This document shows positions 13,670 through 25,088 of a stretch of DNA of 64,000 bases, in pieces. The notes beneath the pieces are model-generated. The model was not told where the DNA came from. It was given only the letters and a program-made list of their open reading frames with translations, and did not search any database. The translations under genes and the position numbers were made by a program. Numbering within the stretch: position 1 is the stretch's first letter; each line of letters opens with the position of its first letter. Source of the DNA: Octopus sinensis (taxonomy: Eukaryota); NCBI RefSeq assembly GCF_006345805.1, contig NC_043006.1:80662001-80726000 (forward strand), read 5' to 3'.

Positions 13670-13970
13670 GGCGCATGGTTTAGTGGTTAGGGATATTCGA
13701 CTCACGATCGTAAGGTCGTTAGTTCGATTCCTGGTGGCGTCTTGTGTCCTTGAACAAGACACTTTATTTCACGTTGACCAGTCCACTGAACCGGCAAAAG
13801 TGAGTAGTAACGGTAATTCAAAGGGTTAATCTTGTCCCACTCTGCGCTGAATCTCCCGTTAAGGTTATGCGTGTCTGTGGAATGCTCAGCACTTACACGT
13901 TAATCAGAGAAGCAGACTGCTTCGTAGATCGGATCAGCTGGAACCCTCGTCGTCGCAACCGACGGAGTGC
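13670..13970 (+). mobile_element. tRNA-headed SINE family A, diverged
   Basis: A-box/B-box head (TGGTTTAGTGG, GTTCGATTCC) and a tail shared with 12008-12370. Confidence 0.8.
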
Positions 13971-14799
13971 CAATCCTAATGATAAGACCTCTGAAATCAA
14001 CAGACAACAGATGTTGTCTCAGTCATGATTTAAAGCATACATCAACAGCAGCAGTATTACGAATAAGACTAAAGTGTTACCTGTCATATCAAGGCTAACT
14101 TTGGACGTGGACTTTTGTCATCATGTGTAATATCAGGAAATATGGTAAACATAAAAATACATACATGCTGCGTATACAAAATGAAATGAATTTTAATTTA
14201 CAAAAGATAAATATTTATTATTTTCGAATAAAATTAATTGAAACAGGTTTCTCATTTGCTTTACTCTTCACATAAACAGTTTCTCCTTTACTCCACGTTT
14301 ACCGCCTCTTCCTCCTGACAAGAAGCCGAATATGTGCACTCATCTTACTCTCCGCCTGTCTATCTCTCCTTCTATCTTTTATTTTCTCTTCCCCTCTGTA
14401 TACATTATAAATTTTGCCTGAAGAAAATCAACCAACCAGCTACTATTATTATCGTAAAGAGATTAACCACAAAATTCATAAGATTTAAATTATAAGTTCA
14501 ATACACATAAAGGATATATATGTAGCTTGCTATAATAATTGACGCATTCACCCACATCTCAAACGAAATTCTACTGTATTCACAAAAGGATTCATTAGAA
14601 AATGTAGTACCAGATATATAAATCAGAGTAAATGGTCATGATTGGAATGTCCAATGATGTCTGACTTTGAGCTTAATAATGACGACGATGACAATGAGCT
14701 AAAAGCAAACCTTTCATAAAAGCCTAAAAGAGGAGCTCAGTGATGTTCTTAACTATCCAACGGTTTATGAGTTTTAAAACATCTTTTTCTGTGTATAAA

Positions 14800-15045
14800 A
14801 TATCTTTTATCGTTTACTTGTTTCAGAAAAAATCTTTTATCTTTTTAGTAAGCTTTTATTTGCGTCTCCTTATTTCATGGCCGCAGTCGGTCTGCGGCCA
14901 TGCTGGTGCACCGCCTTGACGGGTTTAGTTGAACAAAATCACACCATTTATTTACTATTAAGTCTGGTACTGATTCTATCAGCATTTACTGCCGATGCCG
15001 TTACGGGGACATAAACGGACTAACATCGGTTGTCAAATGATGAAG
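14800..15045 (-). mobile_element. SINE family B tail fragment
   Basis: CTGCGGCCATGCTGGTGCACCGCCTTGA...TTACGGGGACATAAAC matches the tails at 37185 and 60185. Confidence 0.75.
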
Positions 15046-15495
15046 AGAACATATACGAACACATACATACCTATATGCATACATACGTACATACATACAC
15101 ACATACATACATTCATATATACATACATGCAAACATACATATGTGTATGTATAAACACACGCACACACATATATATATTCTCAAAAAGTAACATCCTCAT
15201 AAAAAATTTCATAAGATTATCTTTTAAATAAATTTTTAAAATACCAACTTTACGCTTCAAAAACTCATTAAGTAATCCCATAGACTTTCAAACACACACA
15301 CACACACCACACACACATATATATATACCACACATATATAATATATATACATATATATATATATATATTTGATGAAGAGCGTACCCTCGAACACAAAGAC
15401 TTTCTTACCATTCCGAGCGTCAACTAATACAAATGCTGGTTGTTTATACAACCTGTCTTTCGTCTTTTATTTTCTTAAATTTCAACTATATATAT

Positions 15496-15532
<37 letters not shown>

Positions 15533-15533
<1 letters not shown>

Positions 15534-16233
15534 GTTTTACATTTGTGAATTGCATGGATATTGTATGTGGAGACTTATTTGTAGAAAACAGAAATAAACA
15601 GTCTTGACTGCCATTTCTAATTTTTCGGTATGTGACTAAGCAACCTGTTGCCTTCCCCCTTTTTATTTATATACAAAAATATATATAGAACTTTTTTTAA
15701 AAAAGTTCCTACCGATAATGGTGATATTTACATACGGAAATCTACCCGTAAATAATTGTTGGTTTTTTAAAAAAATATTAATTATTTACCCTTATATTAT
15801 TAATAATGGAATTTTTCTCTCCCTTATGACAATCTATAGTTCTATTTCTAAGGAACTATTTTTGTGACGCACATGGTAAAATTTTGGAGGGAAAGTACGA
15901 ATTCATTCGTCTATATAGATTTGGCCTATGCTAGCTATCTTCCACTATTCCGACGACGCTGGCTCGCGAAGCGGAGGTATGTATAGCATTTGAGAAATCT
16001 ATCCGAGTGGAGAGTTACGTTGATAAAGGATATGAATTTATAATTCTAATCCAGAAACGCGTCCGTAAATAACCCTAGACTTTGCTTTCGTTATTTTTTC
16101 CTTCTGTTTTACATATGTGAATTACATATGATATGTTGTATAGGGAGTCTTATTTGTAGAAAATAGAAATAAACAGTCTTTGACTGCTATTTCTAATTTT
16201 TCGGTATGTGGCTAAGCAACCTATTGCCTGCCC

Positions 16234-16236
<3 letters not shown>
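15533..16236 (+). mobile_element. Retrozyme-like non-coding element (572-bp unit, ~130-bp terminal direct repeat) in (TA)n
   Basis: 15533-15660 repeats at 16105-16235; hammerhead motif at 16015-16068; (TA)n on both sides. Confidence 0.75.
16015..16068 (+). ncRNA. Hammerhead motif with U3-A8 core
   Basis: TTACG-TTGATAA-A-GGAT[..GAATT TAT AATTC..]ATCC-A-GAAA-CGCG-TC-CGTAA; stem I 5 bp, ACGCGT palindrome, GUC site; A-A mismatch at the base of stem II. Confidence 0.55.
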
Positions 16237-16321
<85 letters not shown>

Positions 16322-16330
16322 ATATATATA

Positions 16331-16870
16331 AATACAGTGTACATTTAAAAACATAGGAGGTATCCATCATAGGATTCCTTTCACGCTAGAAAGAACAGCT
16401 AAGTTCAAACCACTATAAGGGATGAAAACTCGAAGGTAATGAAAAATATAAACATTTACCATCTAACTCCTGGACCATGGCTTCAGATATTTTTAGCAAA
16501 TAAAATAATTTGCTAGGCGAGGTCTTCATCAACAGGTACGTCTAGATTAAACAAGGCAAATCCAGCATGTGCTTCTTGCTTATACAACTTTCAAATCCAC
16601 TGCGCAAGCGCAGGTTTTGTCGGCCGAAAAAAGAAAAATTAATTCTTAAAACAACTTTCCAGAAAAAAATTATCAATAATTAATAATATCAGGGTAATAA
16701 AGATGTAAGAAATTTTTACTTCCTGTAGCCTAGCATGTAGAAAAATGAGTCAATAGAGTATATATTATTCATATAAATACAGTGTACATTTAAACACATA
16801 AGAGGTATCCATCATAGAATTCCTTCACGCTAAAGTTCAAACCACTACAAGGGAATGAAAAATAAAAATA
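16331..16870 (-). mobile_element. Retrozyme-like non-coding element (445-bp unit, ~90-bp terminal direct repeat)
   Basis: 16331-16430 repeats at 16776-16860; hammerhead motif at 16469-16536; relatives at 22955-23302 and 24635-25000. Confidence 0.75.
16469..16536 (-). ncRNA. Hammerhead motif with two core substitutions
   Basis: Minus strand CCTG-TTGATGA-AGA[TAGCAAAT/ATTTGCTA hairpin]TCT-GAAG-CCATGG-TC-CAGG. Confidence 0.55.
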
Positions 16871-16900
16871 TTTACTATATATATAAATATATATATACAT

Positions 16901-17261
16901 TATATTAAATTAGAGATAAAACCAACTTTAGGCAAATCAAAACAATGAAAAAACATAAGCCAATACATAAAATTAATTAATTATTATTATTTTAAATATA
17001 TATCAAAAGTATTAAAAGTTAATAAACGATAAAGGAGTAAAACACTACGATCGTTTCATGGCTGTACAATTCGTAATAATTCGAGTTATGGTTACAGTCA
17101 ATCTTCAGCCATGAAACGATCGTAGTGCTTTACTCTTATCTATTAAACTTTTAATACTTTTGATATATATTTAAAATAATATAAATTAATTATTTTATGT
17201 ATTGGCTTATGTTTTTCATTGTTTGATTTGCCTAATAGTGGTTTTATCTCTAATTAATATA
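16901..17261. repeat. Fold-back inverted repeat (~160-bp arms) built around a hammerhead lacking stem I
   Basis: 16901-17064 is the reverse complement of 17106-17261; the minus strand reads CTGAAGA-TTGACTGTA..TACAGCCAT-GAAA-CGATCG-TA-GTG. Confidence 0.9.
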
Positions 17262-17403
17262 ATATAATATAATATATTTATACTATAAAATTGGATTTAA
17301 TCCTAAATCTAATTTTTCCCTGTAAGTTTTGAATTTATTCCCTAATATTTTATTATATATATATATATATTAGATATATAATATTATATATATATATATA
17401 TAG

Positions 17404-17434
<31 letters not shown>

Positions 17435-17461
17435 ATATATATTATATATATATTATATATA

Positions 17462-18509
17462 CAGGGGTTGAACAAAATAATGGAAAACCTTAAAATTTCA
17501 AACAAATTTATTATAATATGGGATAGGACCGTCTTTGGCAGTAATTACAGCTTGCATTCTACGACGTATGAATTCGTAAAAAGTTTGAATTGTTTCCAAA
17601 GGAATTTTTGTCCATTCTTTAGCTAAAGCAGTCTCCAGTTCTTGTAGTGATGATGGTGGAGCATATCGACTCCTTAGTTGATTTTCTAAAATGCACCATA
17701 AATGTTCAATAATATTGAGATCTGGGGACTGTGGTGGCCAGATAAGATGTTCAACTTCACTAGAATGTTCCTCAAGCGATTTCGTAACGACTTTATCTGT
17801 GTGAATTGGTGCATTATCATCCTGAAAGATTGCGTTTTCCTCCGGAAACATTTCCGCAACCATAGAATGAATTTGATCAGATAAAATGCTTGAATAGTCT
17901 TGACTATTAATTCGCATGAAGGGAAAGCATTGGACCTGCGGATTTCCAAGGTATAGTTGCCCCCCCCCCGATCATCAAAGATCCTCCACCATGTTTAACA
18001 GTTGGAAGAATGCAGTCTAGGTTAAATGCTTCTTTTGGCTGTCTCCATACGTATACGCGATCGGTGGTAGGAAATAAGGTATAGGATGACTCGTCCGAGA
18101 AAATAATATTCTTCCACTTCTGTAGAGACCAATTCTGAAGGTTTTTACTACACTCTAAACGCTTTGCAACGCTTGTTGTTGAAAGTAGTGGTTTTCTGAT
18201 TGCAGCCCTCCCGTAAAATTCGGCTTTGTACAGCTCCCAGGGAACAGTTGTTGTGGAAACTGGGTTCTCGAGGTGGTTATTAAGCTCTGCAGTAATTTTG
18301 GGAGCTGTACTTTTGTGATCCTTTCTAACAATTCGCGTAAGAGTCTGACGGTCCCTATCTGAAAGTTTTGGTTTTCTTCTGGAGAATTGTTTCGACAATG
18401 AGGTTTTTCCCTCTTTCTGAAAGGCTGTTATTACTTTTGAGACAGTACTTCTTCATACACTAAACATTTTGGCTGTTCACGTTACGCTAGCGCCTGCCAT
18501 ATGAGTACC
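17462..18509 (-). mobile_element. Tc1-family DNA transposon, frameshifted transposase, cut off by the assembly gap
   Basis: TA then TIR CAGGGGTTGAACAAAATAATGGAAA; ORFs 17907-18398 and 17498-17917 carry IFSDES, VKHGGGS, FQDDNAPIH and WPPQSPDLNIIEHLW (DDE motifs). Confidence 0.92.
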
Positions 18510-18609
18510 NNNNNNNNNNNNNNNNNNNNNNNNNNNNNNNNNNNNNNNNNNNNNNNNNNNNNNNNNNNNNNNNNNNNNNNNNNNNNNNNNNNNNNNNNNN
18601 NNNNNNNNN
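18510..18609. other. Assembly gap (100 N)
   Basis: Direct reading. Confidence 1.
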
Positions 18610-18629
18610 AATCAAATTTCACACAATAA

Positions 18630-18915
18630 TAATGTATATATAAAAATTTAAAAAAACCCACCTTTATCAATCAATTCAAATGAACAATTAAATTACAACC
18701 ATCTAGAAAATTACATATAATAGAAATATTAAAATTAAAATAACAATAAAATACCAATGATTAAGTAAATTGCAAAAAAATAATAAATATATATATAATT
18801 GGTATTTTATTGTTATTTTAATTTAAATATTTCTATTATATGTAATTTTCTAGATGGTGTAATTTAAATGTTAATTTTGAATTGATAAAAGGTGATTTTT
18901 TCTAATTTATATATA
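18630..18915. repeat. AT-rich inverted repeat, ~125-bp arms
   Basis: 18630-18757 is complementary to 18798-18915, with several indels. Confidence 0.8.
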
Positions 18916-18924
18916 TAAATTAGA

Positions 18925-19088
18925 AGGAGTGGCTGTGTGGTAAGTAGCTTGCTAACCAACCACATGGTTCCGGGTTCAGTCCCACTGTGTGGCATCTTGG
19001 ACAAGTGTCTTCTGCTATAGCTCCGGGCCGACCAATGCCTTGTGAGAGGATTTAATAGACGGAAACTGAAAGAAGCCTGTCGTATATA

Positions 19089-19143
<55 letters not shown>

Positions 19144-19390
19144 ATATATATATATGCATGTGGTGTGTGTGTGTTTGTGTGTCTGTGTTTGTCCCCCTAG
19201 CATTGCTTGACAACCGATGCTGGTGTGTTTATGTCCCCGTCACTTAGCGATTCGGCAAAAGAGACCGATAGAATAAGTACTGGGCTTACAAAGAATAAGT
19301 CCCGAGGTCGATTTGCTCGACTAAAGGCGGTGCTGCAGCATGGCAGCAGTCAAAATGACTGAAACAAGTAAAAAGAGAAAAGAGAAAAAA
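18925..19390 (+). mobile_element. tRNA-headed SINE family B (CORE-like motif), full length, with an internal microsatellite
   Basis: GGAGTGGCTGTGTGG A-box, GGTTCAGTCCC B-box, CTTGGACAAGTG CORE-like motif, internal (TA)n/(TG)n at 19082-19180, tail ...GACTGAAACAAGTAAAAGAG. Confidence 0.88.
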
Positions 19391-20339
19391 GAGAATATAT
19401 ATATATATATATATACATGTATATGTGTGCATACGCGCCAGCGTAGCTGCGTAGTAAGAAGCTTGCTTCTCAACCACATGGTTTCCGCTTCAATCCCACT
19501 GCGTGTCATTTTGGGCGAGTGTCTTCAATTAGAGCTTCGAGGCGACCAAAGGTTTGTGAGTAGATTTGGTAGAAGGAAACTGAAATATATCTACTCTTTT
19601 ACTAATTTCAGCCAGGCTTAGCTGTTCGGCAAAAAACCCAATAAAATAAGTACGAAACATTACATAACATCATAAGTATTAAGGTCGATCCTTTCGACTC
19701 AAATTCATCAGGGAATTCATCAGGGTCAGTGGCTGAGTTTACGCTCATTCCATAAATCCCTGCTATTACATCAGTTTTCTGTATTTCAATGTTATCAATA
19801 ATTGCTATCCTATCGTGTACAGCTCCTGTGTCAAGAACTCGCTCAGGATATTTATTTGTAAGTGTCCCAACGGAGATGTGAAATCACCAGTATTGCATAT
19901 TCAGTATTCCATTGGACCTTTGGGGGTATGCAGTCAGTGAGCCATTTCCTTCGAAATGTCCCTATCTTTTATCGTAGTGAAGCAGTACGTATATTTGTCT
20001 GCCCTCACCAATTTTTTGGAGTGTTTCAGTTCACTTTGATCCTAAGTAGCAGTCGTTTGAGATAGGATACCCCATTCTTCTTTATTGGTCCACTAGTGGA
20101 CCAGTATTATTCTAGGACTTCTTTCTGAACACCTTAACGGTTAGCTGTATGAATGTCCAGGCTGGAAAAGTCGGGTGCCTCTAGTAAACTACATATTTTC
20201 ATTTTTCTGTGGGCCATACCTTGTTAGTTATGGCCCAAGATAATCGTTGGTGTCACCTTCAGTGGGCACCGCAATATTTGTGAAGACGGGGCCATGACTT
20301 GTTTACCCCTTGTTGTGTGGAGCTTGAAAACAAAACACA

Positions 20340-20720
20340 ATATCTCATTCAGAAATGGATGTATTTTAAAGAAGTAAAAAATTATAAACTAGATTATGGC
20401 TGGGAGATAAGAATTTGTTCTAGGTAGCTGCTCTTAACTACTCAGCTTCGACCACCGCCTCAATACGGCTCCAGTACCTGGCACATGCTTTGCTTACTGT
20501 GTCTCTGGGAAGATCTTCGAACATCTCATTGATCTTGGCCACCACCTCGGCCTTGGTGTTACAGGTAGAGCAATTGATGTCCCTGTCAGATACATCCCGC
20601 ACATAGCAATCCATAGGATTGAAACTAAGAGAATTAGAATGGGTGCTCACAGAGCATTGAGCAACAGTCATGAAGGAAGCATTTTGAAACCCGGCGTGAT
20701 TCATAATGATACAGCCAAAT
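20340..20720 (-). mobile_element. Tc1/mariner (maT-like) transposase C-terminal remnant
   Basis: ORF 20438-20704 has SLSFNPMDCYV...KACARYWSRIEAVVEAE, matching SPDLNP.DY...KAC.RF..R.EAV..A.G. Confidence 0.7.
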
Positions 20721-20946
20721 TTTTTCCAATATTTAGATGGCTTCTGTTATCCATGTCAGGTAACTTTTTCCCAACTGCAGCTTTAACATTTAAGCCCCTT
20801 AACACCGTCGTTTACTGTTTAGCAATGCATCAAGATAATTACACTTAACTCGTCAAATTTAGCCCGAACATTCTACACACACACACGCACACACACACAC
20901 ACAACACACACACACACACACATACACACACACACACATATATATA

Positions 20947-21189
20947 TATATATTAAGTGTAGGAAGAAATGGAGCTGAACGAAGATTTAACAAAATTCCT
21001 TTTTATTATTTTCTACATATGTTTCGAAGGCTGCAAAGTCCCTAATTCCTGAAGAGAAGGCTGCAAAATGGACTCCTTATTCAATCCGAATTAGGGACTT
21101 TGCAGCCTTCGAAACATATGTAGAAAATAATAAAAAGGAATTTTGTTAAATCTTCGTTCAGCTCCATTTCTTCATACACTTAATATATA
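20947..21189. repeat. Fold-back inverted repeat (~100-bp arms)
   Basis: 20947-21048 is the reverse complement of 21088-21189. Confidence 0.95.
21046..21125 (+). ncRNA. Hammerhead ribozyme motif, canonical core, 12-bp stem II
   Basis: TTC-CTGAAGA-GAAGGCTGCAAA[..]TTTGCAGCCTTC-GAAA-CATATG-TA-GAA; ACATATGT palindrome; stem I only 3 bp. Confidence 0.7.
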
Positions 21190-21589
21190 AAACTTCAAAT
21201 TTCCGCACTAAGGCACGGTTTTTATGCCTCATGGTCGTAACTTCAACCGTGCTTTTTCTGTTGTGATTTTTGCTACCCAGGTATCGGTTATCATTTGAAT
21301 TATCCGTAATAAGATAATTCATTTATCTACTTCAATAATTATATATATATATACATATGTATGTATACATACAGCTGCACATGCACATCAAATATTTTCA
21401 ATTACAGTTTTAGAATATTTTAACTTTCCTTCACTCAGTGACTCATTTCTTCATTCTACATATCATAAACATCATCACTTGTTGTTGTTGTTGTTGTTGT
21501 TCTTGTTGTTGTTCTTCTTCTTCGTCCTTCATTCCTCTGTATTTGATAACTCATATTTCCAATGAATTTAATATTCACTTAACTGCCAA

Positions 21590-21630
<41 letters not shown>

Positions 21631-21936
21631 AGGACCATGTGTGTGTGTGTGTGTACATATCCTTTTTTGGATTTGACTCAAATTTTGAACAGGATCTGAT
21701 TTCCGTTACTAAGAGAACCCGATATACGTAAAATACTTTCTGTGTAAGACAAACCGTCACAAATTTGCCTTTTCTTATACTTAATGCATTTATAATGATG
21801 ATACGTTTAAACTGTCAAATAACCTGTGATAAATGACAGAAAATGTAGGAAATTTTTTATCAAAAATGGCGCAAGAAAACGAAAAATATAATAGCACATT
21901 TTGGATGCAGAATACGAATATTCTTTTATTATTTTA

Positions 21937-22169
21937 CCTATTTCTTTATTACCCACAAGGGGCTAAACATAGAGGGGACAAACAAGGACAGACATAGGTA
22001 TGAATCGATTACATCGACCCCAGTGCGTAACTGGTACTTTAATTTATCGACCCCGAAAGGATGAAAGGCAAAGTCGACCTCGGCGGAATTTGAACTCAGA
22101 ACGTAACGGCAGACGAAATACCGCAAAGCATTTCGCCCGGCGTGCTAACGTTTCTGCCAGCTCGCCGCC
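21937..22169 (-). mobile_element. SINE family C, full length, 15-bp TSD (duplicated at 23653-23885)
   Basis: Head GGCGGCGAGCTGGCAG, GAGTTCAAATTCC B-box, GCCTTTCATCCTTTCGGGGTCGATAAA central domain; TTTTATTATTTTACC on both sides. Confidence 0.88.
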
Positions 22170-22830
22170 TTTTATTATTTTACCGCTCTTAGTTTACTGA
22201 TTAAAAATACTAAGTAGAAGATTGTTCCAAGTCTGTTAAAGCATCGACTTCAATCGGTTTGGGTTGAGTATATCAACCTCAGTTTCTAATTCCTTATTTC
22301 TCTCCTTTCCAGTTTCGTGAAATAAATATTCGAAGCGGGTATAAGCATAAAGGAATGTTCCTGACGAAGATCAGTATTCTACAATATATTCTTATTTGAC
22401 GCAAAGGTCGAATAAAGTGCATTACTGTTCACGTCTTCCTATACGAATACATTGATATTCAAAGAGTTTTCAAAAATTTTCTTTCCCACATCTGACCTAT
22501 AGGGTGACGGTAGAAGACATTATCCCAAGCTATCTTAACATGGCCCCAGGACCCAGAAGTCGTAATTTCAAGGTTAACTATCTTTGCAACCAAGTCTATA
22601 TCAATCTTTTATCTTTTACTTGTTTCAGCCATAAGACTACAGCCATTTTTTTGGGGGGGGGGGTAGCCTTGAAGTATTGATCCCACTACGTTTTAAAACC
22701 TTTTACTTTTTCTATCAATCGCTTTTCTTGATGCGCTAATTCACAGGGACGTAAACACACCATCGTCGGTTGTCAAACGGTGGTGGTGAAACACACAAAC
22801 CCAAAGACACATACACTCAAACACTCACAC

Positions 22831-22885
<55 letters not shown>

Positions 22886-23037
22886 TACATATATATATAC
22901 CACAGGCTTCTTTCAATTTCTTTCAATATATATATTAAAATCTTAGGGTAGCAAGAATATTAATCGACAAAATTCTTAGTTACCAGTGGTCTAGCGAGAA
23001 GAAAAAAATGAGTCAATAGACTATACATTATTCAGAG

Positions 23038-23302
23038 AAGAATACAGCGTACATTCAAACACAAAAGAGATACCCAAATAATAGGATATCTGACTCACTA
23101 GAAAGAGCAGTTAAACTCCAAGCCACGGAGCGATAAATAATCAGCCACGTATCTATAGGTTCTAAATTTTCGAATCCACTGCGCAAATGCGGAACTCAAA
23201 CGGCACTAAGTAAGTGGCTTGGAGTTTATCTGCTCTTTCTAGTGAGTCAGATATCCTATTCTTTGGGTATCTCTTTTGTGTTTGAATGTACACTGTATTC
23301 TT
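23038..23302. repeat. Inverted repeat (~88-bp arms) in a relative of the 16331 element; duplicated at 24737-25000
   Basis: 23038-23126 is the reverse complement of 23214-23302. Confidence 0.9.
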
Positions 23303-24552
23303 ATATATACATATATATATATATATATTATATATATATATACAATAGGACCATGTGTGTGTGTGTGTGTACATATCCTTTTTTGGATTTGACTCAAATT
23401 TTGAACAGGATCTGATTTCCGTTACTAAGAGAACCCGATATACGTAAAATACTTTCTGTGTAAGACAAACCGTCACAAATTTGCCTTTTCTTATACTTAA
23501 TGCATTTATAATGATGATACGTTTAAACTGTCAAATAACCTGTGATAAATGACAGAAAATGTAGGAAATTTTTTATCAAAAATGGCGCAAGAAAACGAAA
23601 AATATAATAGCACATTTTGGATGCAGAATACGAATATTCTTTTATTATTTTACCTATTTCTTTATTACCCACAAGGGGCTAAACATAGAGGGGACAAACA
23701 AGGACAGACATAGGTATGAATCGATTACATCGACCCCAGTGCGTAACTGGTACTTTAATTTATCGACCCCGAAAGGATGAAAGGCAAAGTCGACCTCGGC
23801 GGAATTTGAACTCAGAACGTAACGGCAGACGAAATACCGCAAAGCATTTCGCCCGGCGTGCTAACGTTTCTGCCAGCTCGCCGCCTTTTATTATTTTACC
23901 GCTCTTAGTTTACTGATTAAAAATACTAAGTAGAAGATTGGTCCAAGTCTGTTAAAGCATCGACTTCAATCGGTTTGGGTTGAGTATATCAACCTCAGTT
24001 TCTAATTCCTTATTTCTCTCCTTTCCCAGTTTCGTGAAATAAATATTCGAAGCGGGTATAAGCATAAAGGAATGTTCCTGACGAAGATCAGTATTCTACA
24101 ATATATTCTTATTTGACGCAAAGGTCGAATAAAGTGCATTACTGTTTCACGTCTTCCTATACGAATACATTGATATTCAAAGAGTTTTCAAAAATTTTCT
24201 TTCCCACATCTGACCTATAGGGTGACGGTAGAAGACATTATCCCAAGCTATCTTAACATGGCCCCAGGACCCAGAAGTCGTAATTTCAAGGTTAACTTAT
24301 CTTTGCAACCAAGTCTATATCAATCTTTTATCTTTTACTTGTTTCAGCCATAAGACTACAGCCATTTTTTTGGGGGGGGGGGTAGCCTTGAAGTATTGAT
24401 CCCACTACGTTTTAAAACCTTTTACTTTTTCTATCAATCGCTTTTCTTGATGCGCTAATTCACAGGGACGTAAACACACCATCGTCGGTTGTCAAACGGT
24501 GGTGGTGAAACACACAAACCCAAAGACACATACACTCAAACACTCACACATA

Positions 24553-24584
<32 letters not shown>

Positions 24585-25000
24585 TACATATATATATACC
24601 AGAGGCTTCTTTCAATTTCTTTCAATATATATATTAAAATCTTAGGTTAGCAAGAATATTAATCGACAAAATTCTTAGTTACCAGTGGTCTAGCGAGAAG
24701 AAAAAAATGAGTCAATAGACTATACATTATTCAGAGAAGAATACAGCGTACATTCAAACACAAAAGAGATACCCAAATAATAGGATATCTGACTCACTAG
24801 AAAGAGCAGTTAAACTCCAAGCCACGGAGCGATAAATAATCAGCCACGTATCTATAGGTTCTAAATTTTCGAATCCACTGCGCAAATGCGGAACTCAAAC
24901 GGCACTAAGTAAGTGGCTTGGAGTTTAACTGCTCTTTCTAGTGAGTCAGATATCCTATTCTTTGGGTATCTCTTTTGTGTTTGAATGTACACTGTATTCT

Positions 25001-25088
<88 letters not shown>

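Larger units (their letters stand above)
21627..25041. repeat. Near-identical 1716-bp tandem duplication
   Basis: 21627-23342 repeats at 23343-~25041; ORFs recur at exactly +1716; boundaries lie in (TA)n. Confidence 0.95.
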
